Below, piece after piece: positions 19,925 through 29,563 of a DNA stretch of 64,000 nucleotides; the first letter of the stretch is position 1; every line of letters starts with the position of its first letter. The notes beneath the pieces are model-generated. The model saw nothing but the letters and a program-made list of their open reading frames with translations. It did not search any database and was not told the DNA's origin. This DNA is from an uncultured Chloroflexia bacterium. GTDB taxonomy: Bacteria; Chloroflexota; Limnocylindria; Limnocylindrales; CSP1-4. The stretch spans positions 342,464-406,463 of the forward strand of contig CAWBQM010000001.1 of NCBI GenBank assembly GCA_963790955.1, written 5' to 3'. The translations under genes were made by a program, and so were the position numbers.

Positions 19925-20029
19925 AAGTGGACCGGACTATAGGTAGTCGCGCACCAACCGGTCAATACGGCACCTTCCCTATCCTCTACAGACCGTCGAA
20001 CGAGGCGGGCTCGAGGCCGAGCTGGTCCC

Positions 20030-20673
20030 TCATAAGGCCTGCGTACTGGCCGTATCGCTCAGCCGCCGCGGCCCCGGCGCCTGACCGTTGAGGAGAGACA
20101 GGAGCAGAACCTCCAGTTGGTCCGCCTCAGGGTCGACATCCAGGGCACGAAGTAGCATGTCGATCGCGCGATCCGGACGACCCGCCGTAAGGGCGTCCCA
20201 GCGGGCGTTGGTTTCGACCAGCTCTAGAAACCGTGAATGCAATCTCTCTCGGAACTCAAAAGCCCAGTCGTCATATGAAAAGTCCAGCGCGAACTTTCCT
20301 GAATATAGCTTGAGCACATTGGCAATCTCATCAGCTCCACGTGTCTCACCGACCGCGCGCACCAGCCGGAGAAATTCTGTGCTTCGACTAAGGAGCAGAT
20401 GTCGTTAGCCACACGATGTCAGACTCATGGTGAACGTACTCTGGCGAAGAGGTGCTCCTGGAACGTGGGCTCAAACACTCGTCGCAAGAAGTAGATGGTC
20501 TGGTTAAGAGAATTGGCGGCAACCTCAGGCTCGAGGTCGGGCCACAGGGCGTCAAGTACCTGGTCCTTTGTCGCGGAGTAACGTTCCCTGGTCAACAGAT
20601 AGCACAGCAGCGCAAGAACCTTTCGCCGAATGCTTGCGTGCTCGACTACGACTCCGCCGATGTGGACCGTCAC
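20030..20673 (-). pseudogene. SARP-type module: OmpR/PhoB-like winged HTH followed by a BTAD domain; frame breaks between and inside the two ORFs
   Basis: ORF 20425-20673 (RRKVLALLCYLLTRERYSATKDQVLDALWPDLEPEVAANSLNQTIYFLRRVFEP) is the wHTH. ORF 20030-20362 (YSGKFALDFSYDDWAFEFRERLHSRFLELV...AIDMLLRALDVDPEADQLEVLLLSLL) is the BTAD. The module is continuous with the gene upstream through a GTGA frame break at 20670-20673. Confidence 0.7.
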
Positions 20674-21882
20674 CCTCCGAGATCGTCAACATAGACTGGC
20701 GGCGCCAACCGTCGAGACAGTCCCTTGCCGAGAAGCGCGTCCGGACCTATGAAACGGCGCCTTTTGGCGAACTGTCTAAGGGATCCGATGTCGACCTGCT
20801 CCCCAATCTCATCAAGTATTCGTGCGGCCATGAGAGGGGGTACTCTGATCCCCATGGTTCAATCCATTCCGCAGGGCTGGGCGCCACCTCGCCGGCCGTC
20901 GGCCTGCCTCGCGAACCGTCCTAGCCGCCGACTCGCTCAACGTTCCGAGGCAACGCACGTCGGTTCGGCGACGAGCGACAGGCTCCACGTTCGCTCGACA
21001 GGTAGCGCCTCGATGGCGGCCGAGAAGGTGCCTTCATCCGCGTCCAGGGCTGCGAGCGAGCAGCTTGATGGCATCGTCGTATATGTGAGCCTCGACTGTC
21101 TGGAGTCGTCGCAGCGACTCGCGAAGCAGCTTGGGAGCCTCGGCCCCCATGGTGTGGGCGGCTAGCAGGCAGGTTACCCACTCCATGCGGGGCAGTTCGT
21201 CAATCGAGAACGATGAGGGCGCCAAGGTCTTGAGTCTCGATCGATTGACTTGCCCCGGCGTAGTCCCCTTGGCGTATGTGAAGCTCGGCATCGGATAGCG
21301 CAATTCGGTCATCGCCGGGGCGTCATGCCCCTTGCGCTTGCTTTGGCCTCCGCAATCTTCCGCTTGGCGTCTTCGGCATCACCAAACCAAAGATAGGCGT
21401 CCGCGAACTCAAGTAGCTCCGAACGAGTTATGAATGTTTGACAGCTGTAGCCCGCGAGAATTCCCGGATCGCCTGGTCCTAGCGATGGTCAATAGCATCG
21501 TTTAGGGCGACACAAGCCAGCGCGGCGGCCAATTCTGGTCCTATCGGTTCGCGTCCAAGTAGGTCGAGGGCACGTCTGGCATTTGAGCTGCTTTCCGTGA
21601 AGGCGCCCATCGTTCGTTGCACGACTGCGGCATTGAGATAGGAGACGCCGGCGAAGAACCGACGTCGGAAGTTGCTTGGCGGTCACCAATCTCAAGCAAA
21701 TGACTGAGCAGCTGAGTCAGGCCCTTGCCTTCAAGCGCTTCTCGGGAAAGCACAACGGCTGGCGTGATGTCACGGATGACGTCGGATGTCGGTGTGTTCG
21801 TAAGCGGGCGCGAGATCGAGATGGCCTGCTCCTCGTCGCCGGCCGTGAGCAACTGCGAATCGCAAGATTGAACAGGCTAAGC
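20674..21882 (-). pseudogene. Helical/TPR-like middle region of the STAND-SARP gene; broken into many short frames
   Basis: Coding-looking pieces run in succession: PEERELSLFNLAIRSC / LLTAGDEEQAISISRPL...LTQLLSHLLEIGD (21541-21852), LLAAHTMGAEAPKLLRESLRRLQTVEAHIYDDAIKLLARS (21034-21312), and WGIRVPPLMAARILDEIGEQVDIGSLRQFAK (20670-20855). Confidence 0.4.
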
Positions 21883-23490
21883 TCACGCTCCTCTGGGGTC
21901 CCGGCAGGCTGCAGCCTCGACTGCCGACTTGGCTAACCGAATGGAATCCTCGACCTGATCCTCTCCGCCGAGGACCCGTGACCGGACAATTGAGTGCACG
22001 ACGGCGGGGGTGTCGGGCGGGTAGCGGTCCATCCAGGCGGCGACGGCGGCGTAGTCGCCGGCGGACATGATCTCGAGGACCGAGGACTCGATGACCCGGT
22101 GGACGTCGGCGATGTGGCCGGCTTCCGCGTAGTGGTAGGCGGCTCGCTGCCAGTTGCTGCCCTCTGCGAATCGAGCGACCGCGAGATGGAGCTCCGCGAC
22201 CGCGGCGTCGCCCATCGCGTGCACGAGCCGCTCGACGAGGAAGTCCCGGACGAGGGGATGGAAACGTTGCGTGTGTCGGCTCAATTCGCCGCGCCGTGCC
22301 AGCAGACCGACTTTCTCGGCGGACTCGATCAGGAGACGCGCCTGTTCCTCCGAGACGCCGGCAACCACGGCGCCGTAGGCCGGGTCCACCACCTGCAGGA
22401 TCGACGTCCGCATGAGGAACGCCTGCATGTCATCGTCGAGGTCCGCCACGACCTCCTCCGCGAGGTAGTCGTACAGGTCCTCATCGATCCCGGACAGGCC
22501 CCGGACGAACGATCGGATCTCGGCCGGTGATCGGTCGCGCAGTGCCGCCTGGGCCAGCTGGAGCGATGCCGCCCAACCCTCCGTGCGCGACGAGAGATCG
22601 GCAAGAACGTCCGGCTCGAGCGGATGGCCGTACGCCTCACGGAACAGCTGTTCGGTCTCGGGCGGGCTGAAGCGCAGATCCTTCGTCGCCAGCTCGGCCA
22701 CCTCGCCTCGCGCCCGATAGCGGGCGATCGGGATGGACGGGCGCCGACGGCTGGCAAACAGGAAGGTCATCTGCGCCGGCGCACGTTGGATCAACTCGCG
22801 CATGAGGTCGCGCACGTCGGCCACGCTGTCGAGGAGATGCCAATCGTCGAAGATCACGGCGGTCGGCACATCGTCGAGGGCCTGGACCTCGAGCATGAAC
22901 GCCTCGACAATTCGTTCACGGGAGGCACGACCGGTTGCCATGTCGCCGAGCAGGGCGCCGGTGGCCATCGCGAACTCGGGCTTGACCTGCCGTCCCGCCG
23001 CGACCAGGTAATTCAGGACCGAGATCCAGTCCCGATCCTGCTCGTCCAGGCGGTACCACAGGATGCGGCGTCGCGAGTGTCGGGCGTAGTCGGCCAGGAG
23101 CGTGGTCTTGCCGTGGCCGGCCTCCGCGGTGACGAAGACGAGGCGGTGATCCATCTTGTCTTCGAGCCACGACAGGAGCCGCTGCCGTGTCAGGGTCTCT
23201 GCCCGAAGGGGTGGGCGCTGGACCTTGGCGAGCTGGATCTGGAAGCCGGGGCCGAGCGAGCCATAGCCGGCGCTCCCGCTCGAGGATGTGGTCGCGGCCG
23301 GCGCCGACGGAGTCGCCGCGTCGTCATCGGCAGGTTGGGCCGGCACGGCCCGGGGCGCCCTTCGCTCAGCCGGCTCGACCGAGTGGGGCGCCTCCAGCGC
23401 AATGCGGTCGCGCTTGGTCGTCGGTCGAGGCCGGGCATCGACGTATGCGGATGGGACGCGGTCGGGACTGTCTGGCTTGGGCAAGGCCAT
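21883..23490 (-). CDS. STAND/MalT-like P-loop NTPase (N-terminal 535 aa of a longer, interrupted gene)
   Basis: Pro/Ala-rich leader, Walker A VFVTAEAGHGKTTLLADY, Walker B AVIFDDWHLLD, then a MalT-like helical region (EGWAASLQLAQAAL...LYDYLAEEVV...FLMRTSIL). The stop at 21883 is followed out of frame by colinear coding sequence. Confidence 0.8.
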   Translation of the reverse strand: MALPKPDSPDRVPSAYVDARPRPTTKRDRIALEAPHSVEPAERRAPRAVPAQPADDDAATPSAPAATTSSSGSAGYGSLGPGFQIQLAKVQRPPLRAETLTRQRLLSWLEDKMDHRLVFVTAEAGHGKTTLLADYARHSRRRILWYRLDEQDRDWISVLNYLVAAGRQVKPEFAMATGALLGDMATGRASRERIVEAFMLEVQALDDVPTAVIFDDWHLLDSVADVRDLMRELIQRAPAQMTFLFASRRRPSIPIARYRARGEVAELATKDLRFSPPETEQLFREAYGHPLEPDVLADLSSRTEGWAASLQLAQAALRDRSPAEIRSFVRGLSGIDEDLYDYLAEEVVADLDDDMQAFLMRTSILQVVDPAYGAVVAGVSEEQARLLIESAEKVGLLARRGELSRHTQRFHPLVRDFLVERLVHAMGDAAVAELHLAVARFAEGSNWQRAAYHYAEAGHIADVHRVIESSVLEIMSAGDYAAVAAWMDRYPPDTPAVVHSIVRSRVLGGEDQVEDSIRLAKSAVEAAACRDPRGA

Positions 23491-23563
23491 ATCCCCGATG
23501 GTGGCGGCCGGGGCTCACCTGAGGCTTAGTCTGCGAGTGGTGCCCCGCCACGCCGCTGTGGCG

Positions 23564-23770
23564 CTACTCGGCCTCGTATTCGAAGCCGATCTTCAAGTCC
23601 ACGCGGTACTCGACGATCTCGCCGTTCTCGACCTGGGCCGTCGACTTGACCACCTCGACCGTGCGGATGTTGCGAACCGTCCGGGACGCCGTCGCCACGG
23701 CCTGACGGGCGGCATCGCTCCATGAGCGCGGGCTGGTTCCGACCATCTCTCGAATGATGATGACGCCCAC
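23564..23770 (-). CDS. Dodecin-family small flavin-binding protein
   Basis: 68 aa. The pattern VIIIREMVGTSPRSWSDAARQAVATASRTVRNIRTVEVV...VENGEIVEYRVDLKIGFEYE matches my memory of dodecins. Confidence 0.75.
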   Translation of the reverse strand: MGVIIIREMVGTSPRSWSDAARQAVATASRTVRNIRTVEVVKSTAQVENGEIVEYRVDLKIGFEYEAE

Positions 23771-23977
23771 GGCCTCCTCCGCTCGTGCCGGTCGCCGCCG
23801 TCGAGGACTTGGCCGAGCGGCGCCCAGGGGACGCCCAGTCTACGACCCCGCGAACGGCGGCGAACGCCAGACTCGCGGACCGGGGAGCGACCGCCCATGC
23901 CCAGACAGCACGAGAGGCCGACGCACTGCCGGCCCCTCGATCGTTCGCTCGTCGGGGTCATGTGCGACCCGGCGTGT

Positions 23978-24295
23978 TCAGGCCGTCGCGACGGCCTCCC
24001 CCGCTCGAACCTTGTCGAAGCACGAGCTGCAGTACACCGGACGATCGTTGCGCGGTGCGAATGGCACGATCGCCTGCCCGCCACACATCCCGCAGACCGC
24101 CGCGTGGTATTCGCGGGGCCCCCCTGTGGTACGTGCGCGCTTGGCTGCCGCCCGACACGACGGGCAGCGTTGCGGGTCGTTCTGCAGACCCTTGCTCGCG
24201 AAGAACGCCTGCTCGCCGGACGAGAAGACGAACTCCTCGGAGCAATCGCGGCAGGTCAGTGTTCGGTCCTGGTACACCCTCTCAGAACCCTCCAT
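23978..24295 (-). CDS. Zinc-ribbon protein with two CxxC...CxxC pairs
   Basis: From the internal Met: MEGSERVYQDRTLTCRDCSEEFVFSSGEQAFFASKGLQNDPQRCPSCR...CGMCGGQAIVPFAPRNDRPVYCSSCF. The ORF-track start at 24355 adds 20 unlikely codons. Confidence 0.7.
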   Translation of the reverse strand: MEGSERVYQDRTLTCRDCSEEFVFSSGEQAFFASKGLQNDPQRCPSCRAAAKRARTTGGPREYHAAVCGMCGGQAIVPFAPRNDRPVYCSSCFDKVRAGEAVATA

Positions 24296-24952
24296 GTCGA
24301 ACGCGATGACGCACGAGCCCTGTGGCGCCGTGCCCGGTCGTACCGCAATCCACACACAGGAGGGCCGTGAAGATTGGGCACGAGCCTGCTCGGGGGCTCG
24401 GACTCATAGCGGCGAGAATACGCGGGCCGTCAAGCGTGAAATAGCCTCATCGGACTCGGACATTGTCCCGCCCGCGCGTGGCGGCCCGATAACCCCGAGT
24501 CCGGCCATGACCCGACGCGCGCCAGATCTGGGGCAGCCGCACTGACTGGTCGCTCGGTGCGCGTTCCTTGCCAAAGGTGCAGGGCGCGCACGTTCGCCGA
24601 CCGACTCCGTGGCCGGGCGGCTCCGGGGGACTCGCGGACGCTCGACGGCAGCACGAAACCCGGGCTTCCGGCCTCGCTTCGCCGCATGCACACGGCCCAC
24701 ACCCGCCGGTTGCCGTCGAACGTGCGCCAGACGCCCACATGGCAAGGTTGTGGAGCTGGATCGAACGATCTCCGGCACGAACGGTGGCAGCCACGACGTG
24801 CCCGTCATCAGGAGATCAGGAACCCCGCTCAAATCCCACTACTCGGGGGGACACCGCTGCCGCAAAGTCGCGTTGCGCCATGTCGAGCCGGCACAACTTC
24901 GGTTCGACACCTTCGACGGAACCCGATCGCGACGCCGATCGTCGAAGGCCGC

Positions 24953-25972
24953 ATGTCGAACCCTCCGACCGCTACCGACCGGCTTCGCCGGGCCCCAGCC
25001 ATCTGTCCCCAGGTCCGGCCCGCCAGCCGACGGCGAGGTCGTGGGGGTCATCCCACCGCGGCTCGCGTGGCGCTCGCCGGGATCACGCTCCTGTTCGCCG
25101 TCGTGTCGGCGTGCTCCGCCGGGTCGTCGCCGCGCGCGTCCGCCACGCCCGACCGATCGGGCGACCCGTCCACGTCCTCGAGCCCGACCGCCGGCTCGAC
25201 GGGCTCAGGCCTCGAGCATCCAACGGGCTCGACCGACGTCGTCCTGCGTATCTCCGAGGGCGGCGGGTTCATCGGCCCGGCCGTGCTCGCGACGCAAGCG
25301 CCCTGGTTCACGCTGTATGGCGACGGCACGATCATCGCCCGTGACCTGACGGCGCAGCCGCCGACGACCGATGACGGGATCGGCCGTGGGCTCCCGTTCC
25401 ACACCGGCCGTCTTGCGGCGGACGCGATGGACAGGCTGCTCGCCGACGCGTTGACGCGGGCCGGGCTCGGGATCGCTCGTGAGCGATATGACCAGCCCAA
25501 CGTGGCGGACGCGGGCACGACCACGTTCGACGTGCACGCACGTGGCGTCGACAAGCGCGTCGAGGTCGTGGCTCTGGGGGCCGACACGCCGAGCTCGGCG
25601 GACGCGGCCGTCCGAAGCGCGCTCGCGAGCCTGCGCGACCGGCTCATGGCCCTTGCCTCGAACGGCGACGTGCTCCCGGCGGTCTACGCCCCCGCGCGGT
25701 ATCGGGTCATCCTCGACGGACCGGCCGATGGTGTCGGACCGGTGGCGCCGAGGCCATGGCCCTGGCCCGACCTCACGCCTGACGACTTCGGCACACCGCC
25801 CGACCCGAACGGGCCGCAGCTCCAGCAGGCCGCCATCAGCGACACACAGGCGGCCGCGCTCCGCCTCGATCACATCGAGGGCGGCGTGCAGGATGCCCCG
25901 TACCTGACGCCGACCGGCAGTGGCTGGTACGGCGTCTCGCTCCGCCTGCTCCTGCCCGATGAGCGGTTCTGA
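24953..25972 (+). CDS. Lipoprotein, function unknown
   Basis: Lipobox LLFAVVSAC|S, a Ser/Thr/Pro tether, then a ~270-aa body. The start is assigned to ATG 24953; the ORF-track start at 24557 gives an Arg-rich, non-protein-like leader. Confidence 0.65.
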   Translation: MSNPPTATDRLRRAPAICPQVRPASRRRGRGGHPTAARVALAGITLLFAVVSACSAGSSPRASATPDRSGDPSTSSSPTAGSTGSGLEHPTGSTDVVLRISEGGGFIGPAVLATQAPWFTLYGDGTIIARDLTAQPPTTDDGIGRGLPFHTGRLAADAMDRLLADALTRAGLGIARERYDQPNVADAGTTTFDVHARGVDKRVEVVALGADTPSSADAAVRSALASLRDRLMALASNGDVLPAVYAPARYRVILDGPADGVGPVAPRPWPWPDLTPDDFGTPPDPNGPQLQQAAISDTQAAALRLDHIEGGVQDAPYLTPTGSGWYGVSLRLLLPDERF

Positions 25973-26016
25973 GGGGCCGTCCCGATCTCGGGCGGGTTCT
26001 TCGCAGCGCAGCCGGC

Positions 26017-27372
26017 TCAGGCAAGCGCGTCCGCGTAGCGATCGCCGACCGCGGCCGCATAGAAACGCGTCTGGCGCTTGCGGAACATGAGCTTGACCCG
26101 ACCGGTGGGCCCGTTGCGGTGCTTGGCCAGGTGGAGGTTGATCTCCTCGACGTCCGCGTCCTGGTCGTCCTGACTGCGTTCCTTCTCACGCCACAGGAAC
26201 AGCACCAGGTCGGCATCCTGCTCGATGGCGCCTGACTCGCGAAGGTCCGACAGGCGCGGCTCCTTGGATTCACGCATCTCCGGTTGGCGAGACAGCTGCG
26301 ATAGCGCGATGACCGGCACGCTCAGCTCGCGTGCGAGGGCCTTGAGCCCGCGGCTGATCTCGCTGACCTCCTGCACCCGGTTGGCGTCACGACTCGTCGT
26401 CGTGGCCTGCATGAGCTGCAGGTAGTCGACGATCACGAGATCGAGGCCGGCCTCGGCCTGCAGACGCCGGGCCTTGGTCCGCAATTCCATCGTGCTGATG
26501 TTCGGCGTGTCGTCGATCCACAACCGCGCCTCGGAGAGCTGGGTCATGGCGTTGGCCACACGGTTGAAGTCGAGATCCTCGAGGAAGCCGGTGCGGAGGC
26601 GCTGGCTGTCGATGTCGCCGACGGAGCTGAGCAGCCGCAGGACGAGCTGCTCCTTGCTCATCTCCAGGCTGAACACCCCGACCGATTTTCCCTCGCGCAC
26701 CGCGGCGTTCTCCGCGACGTTGAGGGCGAGGCTCGTCTTGCCGACGCTGGGCCGTGCGGCCAGGATGATGAGGTCGCTCTTCTGGAGCCCAGTCGTCATG
26801 GCATCGATCTCGGGGAAACCGGTCCGAATGCCGCTGATCTCCCCGCGGTGCGAGTGGAGGTAGTCGAGGCGGTCGAATGCCTCGTGCAGGAGCGAGCGGA
26901 GCGGGCTGAAGCCGGCGTGGATGCGCCGCTCGCTGACCGCGAAGAGCTCGGTCTCCGCCCGATCGATTGCCTCCTGGATCTCCGCTGGATCCTCGTAGCC
27001 GATACCGGCGATCTTGCCGGCGGCCCCGATGAGGTTCCGCAGGACGGCCTTGCGCTCGACGATGCGCGCGTACTGAACCGCGTGGACGGCGGTGGGGGTC
27101 GCGTTGGACAGCGACGAGAGGTATGTCCGGCCGCCGACCGTGTCCAGGTCGCCGCGTCGCTCGAGCACCTCGGCGACGGTGACGATGTCGACGGGCTCGC
27201 GCCGTTCGAAGAGCTCCAGCATCGCGCTGTAGATCGATCCATTCGCGGCGCGATAGAAGTCCTCGGGCCGCAGGAACTCGGCGACCTCGACGACCGCGTC
27301 CTTGTCGATCAGGACCGAGCCCAGGACCGACTGCTCGGCCTCGAGACTTTGCGGTGGCAGCCGATCGATCAT
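26017..27372 (-). CDS. dnaB: Replicative DNA helicase DnaB
   Basis: 451 aa. PPQSLEAEQSVLGSVL, Walker A ARPSVGKTSLALN, Walker B LVIVDYLQLM, plus SRGLKALARELSVPVIALSQLSR and LRESGAIEQDADLV. No intein. Confidence 0.97.
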   Translation of the reverse strand: MIDRLPPQSLEAEQSVLGSVLIDKDAVVEVAEFLRPEDFYRAANGSIYSAMLELFERREPVDIVTVAEVLERRGDLDTVGGRTYLSSLSNATPTAVHAVQYARIVERKAVLRNLIGAAGKIAGIGYEDPAEIQEAIDRAETELFAVSERRIHAGFSPLRSLLHEAFDRLDYLHSHRGEISGIRTGFPEIDAMTTGLQKSDLIILAARPSVGKTSLALNVAENAAVREGKSVGVFSLEMSKEQLVLRLLSSVGDIDSQRLRTGFLEDLDFNRVANAMTQLSEARLWIDDTPNISTMELRTKARRLQAEAGLDLVIVDYLQLMQATTTSRDANRVQEVSEISRGLKALARELSVPVIALSQLSRQPEMRESKEPRLSDLRESGAIEQDADLVLFLWREKERSQDDQDADVEEINLHLAKHRNGPTGRVKLMFRKRQTRFYAAAVGDRYADALA

Positions 27373-27524
27373 ATGGTCCTCACGTCCTCCCTCGGCTCGT
27401 CAGCGTGCCCTGACATGCCCGTATCGGAAAGGCGCTTATCCCCCAACTTCGTCCACGACTTCTGGCCCGGCTGTGGGCAGTGTGGAGAACTGCCCGGCGC
27501 CGCCTCGGTCGGGCCCATCGCCGC

Positions 27525-27644
27525 GTCAGGCGCTTCAGGCGAAGGCGCCCGGGCGGCACGCATTGCCCTCGGTGGGTTGGGAGGCTCAGGGCAAGGCGGC
27601 AGCGAACTGAGCGGGTCAGGCGCCTCAGGCGAAGGCGGCCCGGG
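27525..27644. repeat. 29/30-bp motif present twice, 90 bp apart, in the lexA-dnaB spacer
   Basis: GTCAGGCGCTTCAGGCGAAGGCGCCCGGG (27525-27553) versus GTCAGGCGCCTCAGGCGAAGGCGGCCCGGG (27615-27644). A looser third copy lies near 27582. Confidence 0.85.
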
Positions 27645-27724
27645 GAGCAGGCGAACGAGCGCACTTGAGGTGCGTGAGTGAGGCGCGGACCCGGCCAACG
27701 CACGCCTGAGGCGAGATGACGCGC

Positions 27725-28378
27725 TCAGTCCAGGCGGCGGATGACGCCTATCAGCTTCCCTTGAATCCGCACGTCGTCGTAGACCTGGACGGGATAGGCA
27801 GGGTTGGCGGGCTGCAGCCGGACCTTGTCCTTCTCCTTGAAGAAGCGCTTCAGCGTGACCGCGTTCTCCTCGACCTGCGCGACGACGATGTCGCCGTTGC
27901 GGGCCGTGGTCTGCGGGCGAATCAGGACGTAGTCGCCGTCCATGATCGCGGCCTCGATCATCGAATTGCCCCGGACCTTGAGGACATAGGCATCGCCCGA
28001 CGGTGCCAGGAGGTCGGGCACGGACAGCGTCTCGGACGCGTCTTGATACGCCTCGATCGGGCCGCCGGCCGCGATCTCGCCAACGATCGGGATGACGTGG
28101 ACCTCACCCATGGAGCCGGTCTGCGGAACGAGCTCCGATGACAGTCCGAGCCGGATGGCGGCGTGGGGCGTCAGGCGCAGTGCGCGGGACTGGGCCGCAC
28201 CGCGTTCCAGGTAGCCCTCGCGCTCGAGGATCTGCAGGTGATGATGCACGGCAGACGTGGACGCCAGCCCGACCGCGCGGGCGATCTCGCGCACAGACGG
28301 TGGGTAGCCACGGAGGCGCAGCGTCGCCGCGATGTGGTCGAGGATGCGTTGCTTCCGTTCGGCGTCGTGCCTGGTCAC
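27725..28378 (-). CDS. lexA: LexA repressor
   Basis: 217 aa. The wHTH is PPSVREIARAVGLASTSAVHHHLQILEREGYL. The Ala-Gly cleavage site is EIAAGGP. The catalytic Ser is in VRGNSM and the Lys is in LKRF. Confidence 0.95.
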   Translation of the reverse strand: MTRHDAERKQRILDHIAATLRLRGYPPSVREIARAVGLASTSAVHHHLQILEREGYLERGAAQSRALRLTPHAAIRLGLSSELVPQTGSMGEVHVIPIVGEIAAGGPIEAYQDASETLSVPDLLAPSGDAYVLKVRGNSMIEAAIMDGDYVLIRPQTTARNGDIVVAQVEENAVTLKRFFKEKDKVRLQPANPAYPVQVYDDVRIQGKLIGVIRRLD

Positions 28379-28406
28379 GGGCGCCTCCTTTCGCTGTCCA
28401 GCATAC

Positions 28407-28420
28407 CGAACAGACGTTCG
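28407..28420 (-). promoter_or_regulatory. LexA operator (Cheo-type SOS box) upstream of lexA
   Basis: Perfect palindrome CGAACAGACGTTCG, 28 nt upstream of the lexA GTG. It matches the Gram-positive/actinobacterial GAAC-N4-GTTC consensus. Confidence 0.85.
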
Positions 28421-28504
28421 ATGTCAAGGGCGGCCAGACCTTCTCGGGCGCCGGCGCCGTTCGTGGCCGAGCTGCCCGGATGGTAGATTTCCCCTTCCGG
28501 CGCC

Positions 28505-29059
28505 ATGGACGGCGCCGCGGTGTGGGCTGGAGCGGATCGAGACGAGCGCATGACATCCCGTGGATCCTCGGGCGGGCGTCGACGTGGCGGCGTCCTGCGC
28601 CGCTCGCTTGGCCTGCTCGCGTTCCTACCCCTGGCGAGCCGAGCGCCGGCGTACACGCGCCTGCTGTTCGAGCTCGTTCGCGACGAACGAACGCCCGCCG
28701 CCCGCAAGGCGCTGCTCGGCGCGGCGCTGGCCTATCTCGTCATCGGGCGCGATCTCGTGCCCGATGAGATCCCGGTCCTGGGCGGGCTCGACGATCTCGT
28801 GGTCGTCGTCCTGGCCGTCGACGTGTTCCTGGACGGCGTGCCCAACGACCTGCTCCACGAGAAGCTCGACGCCCTCGGCATCGAACGTGCCGCCTTCGAC
28901 CAGGACGTCGCCCAGATCCGGCGCCTGACGCCGGGGCCGGTGCGCCGGGCGGTGCGGCGCCTGCCGCATACCCTGGAGCTCGCGGCGTCGTCGTTCGGCC
29001 GGACCGGGCTGGGACCCCGGATCAGATCCTGGATCAAGACGGAGGAATCGATTTCGTGA
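28505..29059 (+). CDS. DUF1232 (YkvA-like) membrane protein
   Basis: LLGAALAYLVIGRDLVPDEIPVLGGLDDLVVVVLAVDVFL is the DUF1232 core as I remember it. An alternative start is at 28550 (MTSRGSS...). The stop overlaps the rplI start. Confidence 0.65.
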   Translation: MDGAAVWAGADRDERMTSRGSSGGRRRGGVLRRSLGLLAFLPLASRAPAYTRLLFELVRDERTPAARKALLGAALAYLVIGRDLVPDEIPVLGGLDDLVVVVLAVDVFLDGVPNDLLHEKLDALGIERAAFDQDVAQIRRLTPGPVRRAVRRLPHTLELAASSFGRTGLGPRIRSWIKTEESIS

Positions 29060-29502
29060 AGGTCATCCTGACCGCCGACGTGGCGAAGCTCGGGAAGAGC
29101 GGCGACCTCAAGTCGGTCGCTGACGGCTACGCCAGCAACTACCTCATCCCCAAGAAGCTGGCCGTGCCGGCAGCCGGCGGTGCGTACCGAGCCTACGTGC
29201 ACGACATTGCAAGCCGCGAGGAGAAGCGCAAGCGCGAGCGCGAGGAATCCGAGATCTACGCGCGGCGCATCGAGAGCACGACCCTCACCATGGGCGTCAA
29301 GGTCGGCGAGGGCGGCAAGCTGTACGGCTCGATCACGGCCAAGGACATCGGCGACGCGCTCGCCCGCCGCGGGATCGAGATCGATCGCCACAAGATCGAG
29401 CTCGAAGAGCCGCTCAAGACGCTCGGCACGTACAAGGTCGCGATCAAGGTCTTCACGGGTATGACGCCCGAGGTCACGGTGGTCGTCGAGCCCAAGGGCT
29501 GA
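29056..29502 (+). CDS. rplI: 50S ribosomal protein L9
   Basis: 148 aa. MKVILTADVAKLGKSGDLKSVADGYASNYLIPKKLAV... and ...GKLYGSITAKDIGDAL are typical of L9. GTG start. Confidence 0.95.
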   Translation: MKVILTADVAKLGKSGDLKSVADGYASNYLIPKKLAVPAAGGAYRAYVHDIASREEKRKREREESEIYARRIESTTLTMGVKVGEGGKLYGSITAKDIGDALARRGIEIDRHKIELEEPLKTLGTYKVAIKVFTGMTPEVTVVVEPKG

Positions 29503-29563
29503 CCGCCGAGGCCTGACCACCGGCGCCGCCGCGACCGCCGTCGATGCCGGCCGGCGTGCGGCT

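Noticed and set aside
24497-24672. RNase P RNA-like fragments (GAGTCCGGCC; GAAACCCGGGCTTCCGG) in the 657-bp spacer
   Set aside because: The two P4-like strings are imperfect and only about 155 nt apart, whereas bacterial RNase P needs about 300 nt between them. The other universally conserved blocks are absent.
25973-29060. Chromosomal replication origin near dnaB/rplI
   Set aside because: I saw no cluster of DnaA boxes (TTATCCACA / TTGTCCACA-like), no AT-rich unwinding element, and no dnaA/dnaN nearby.
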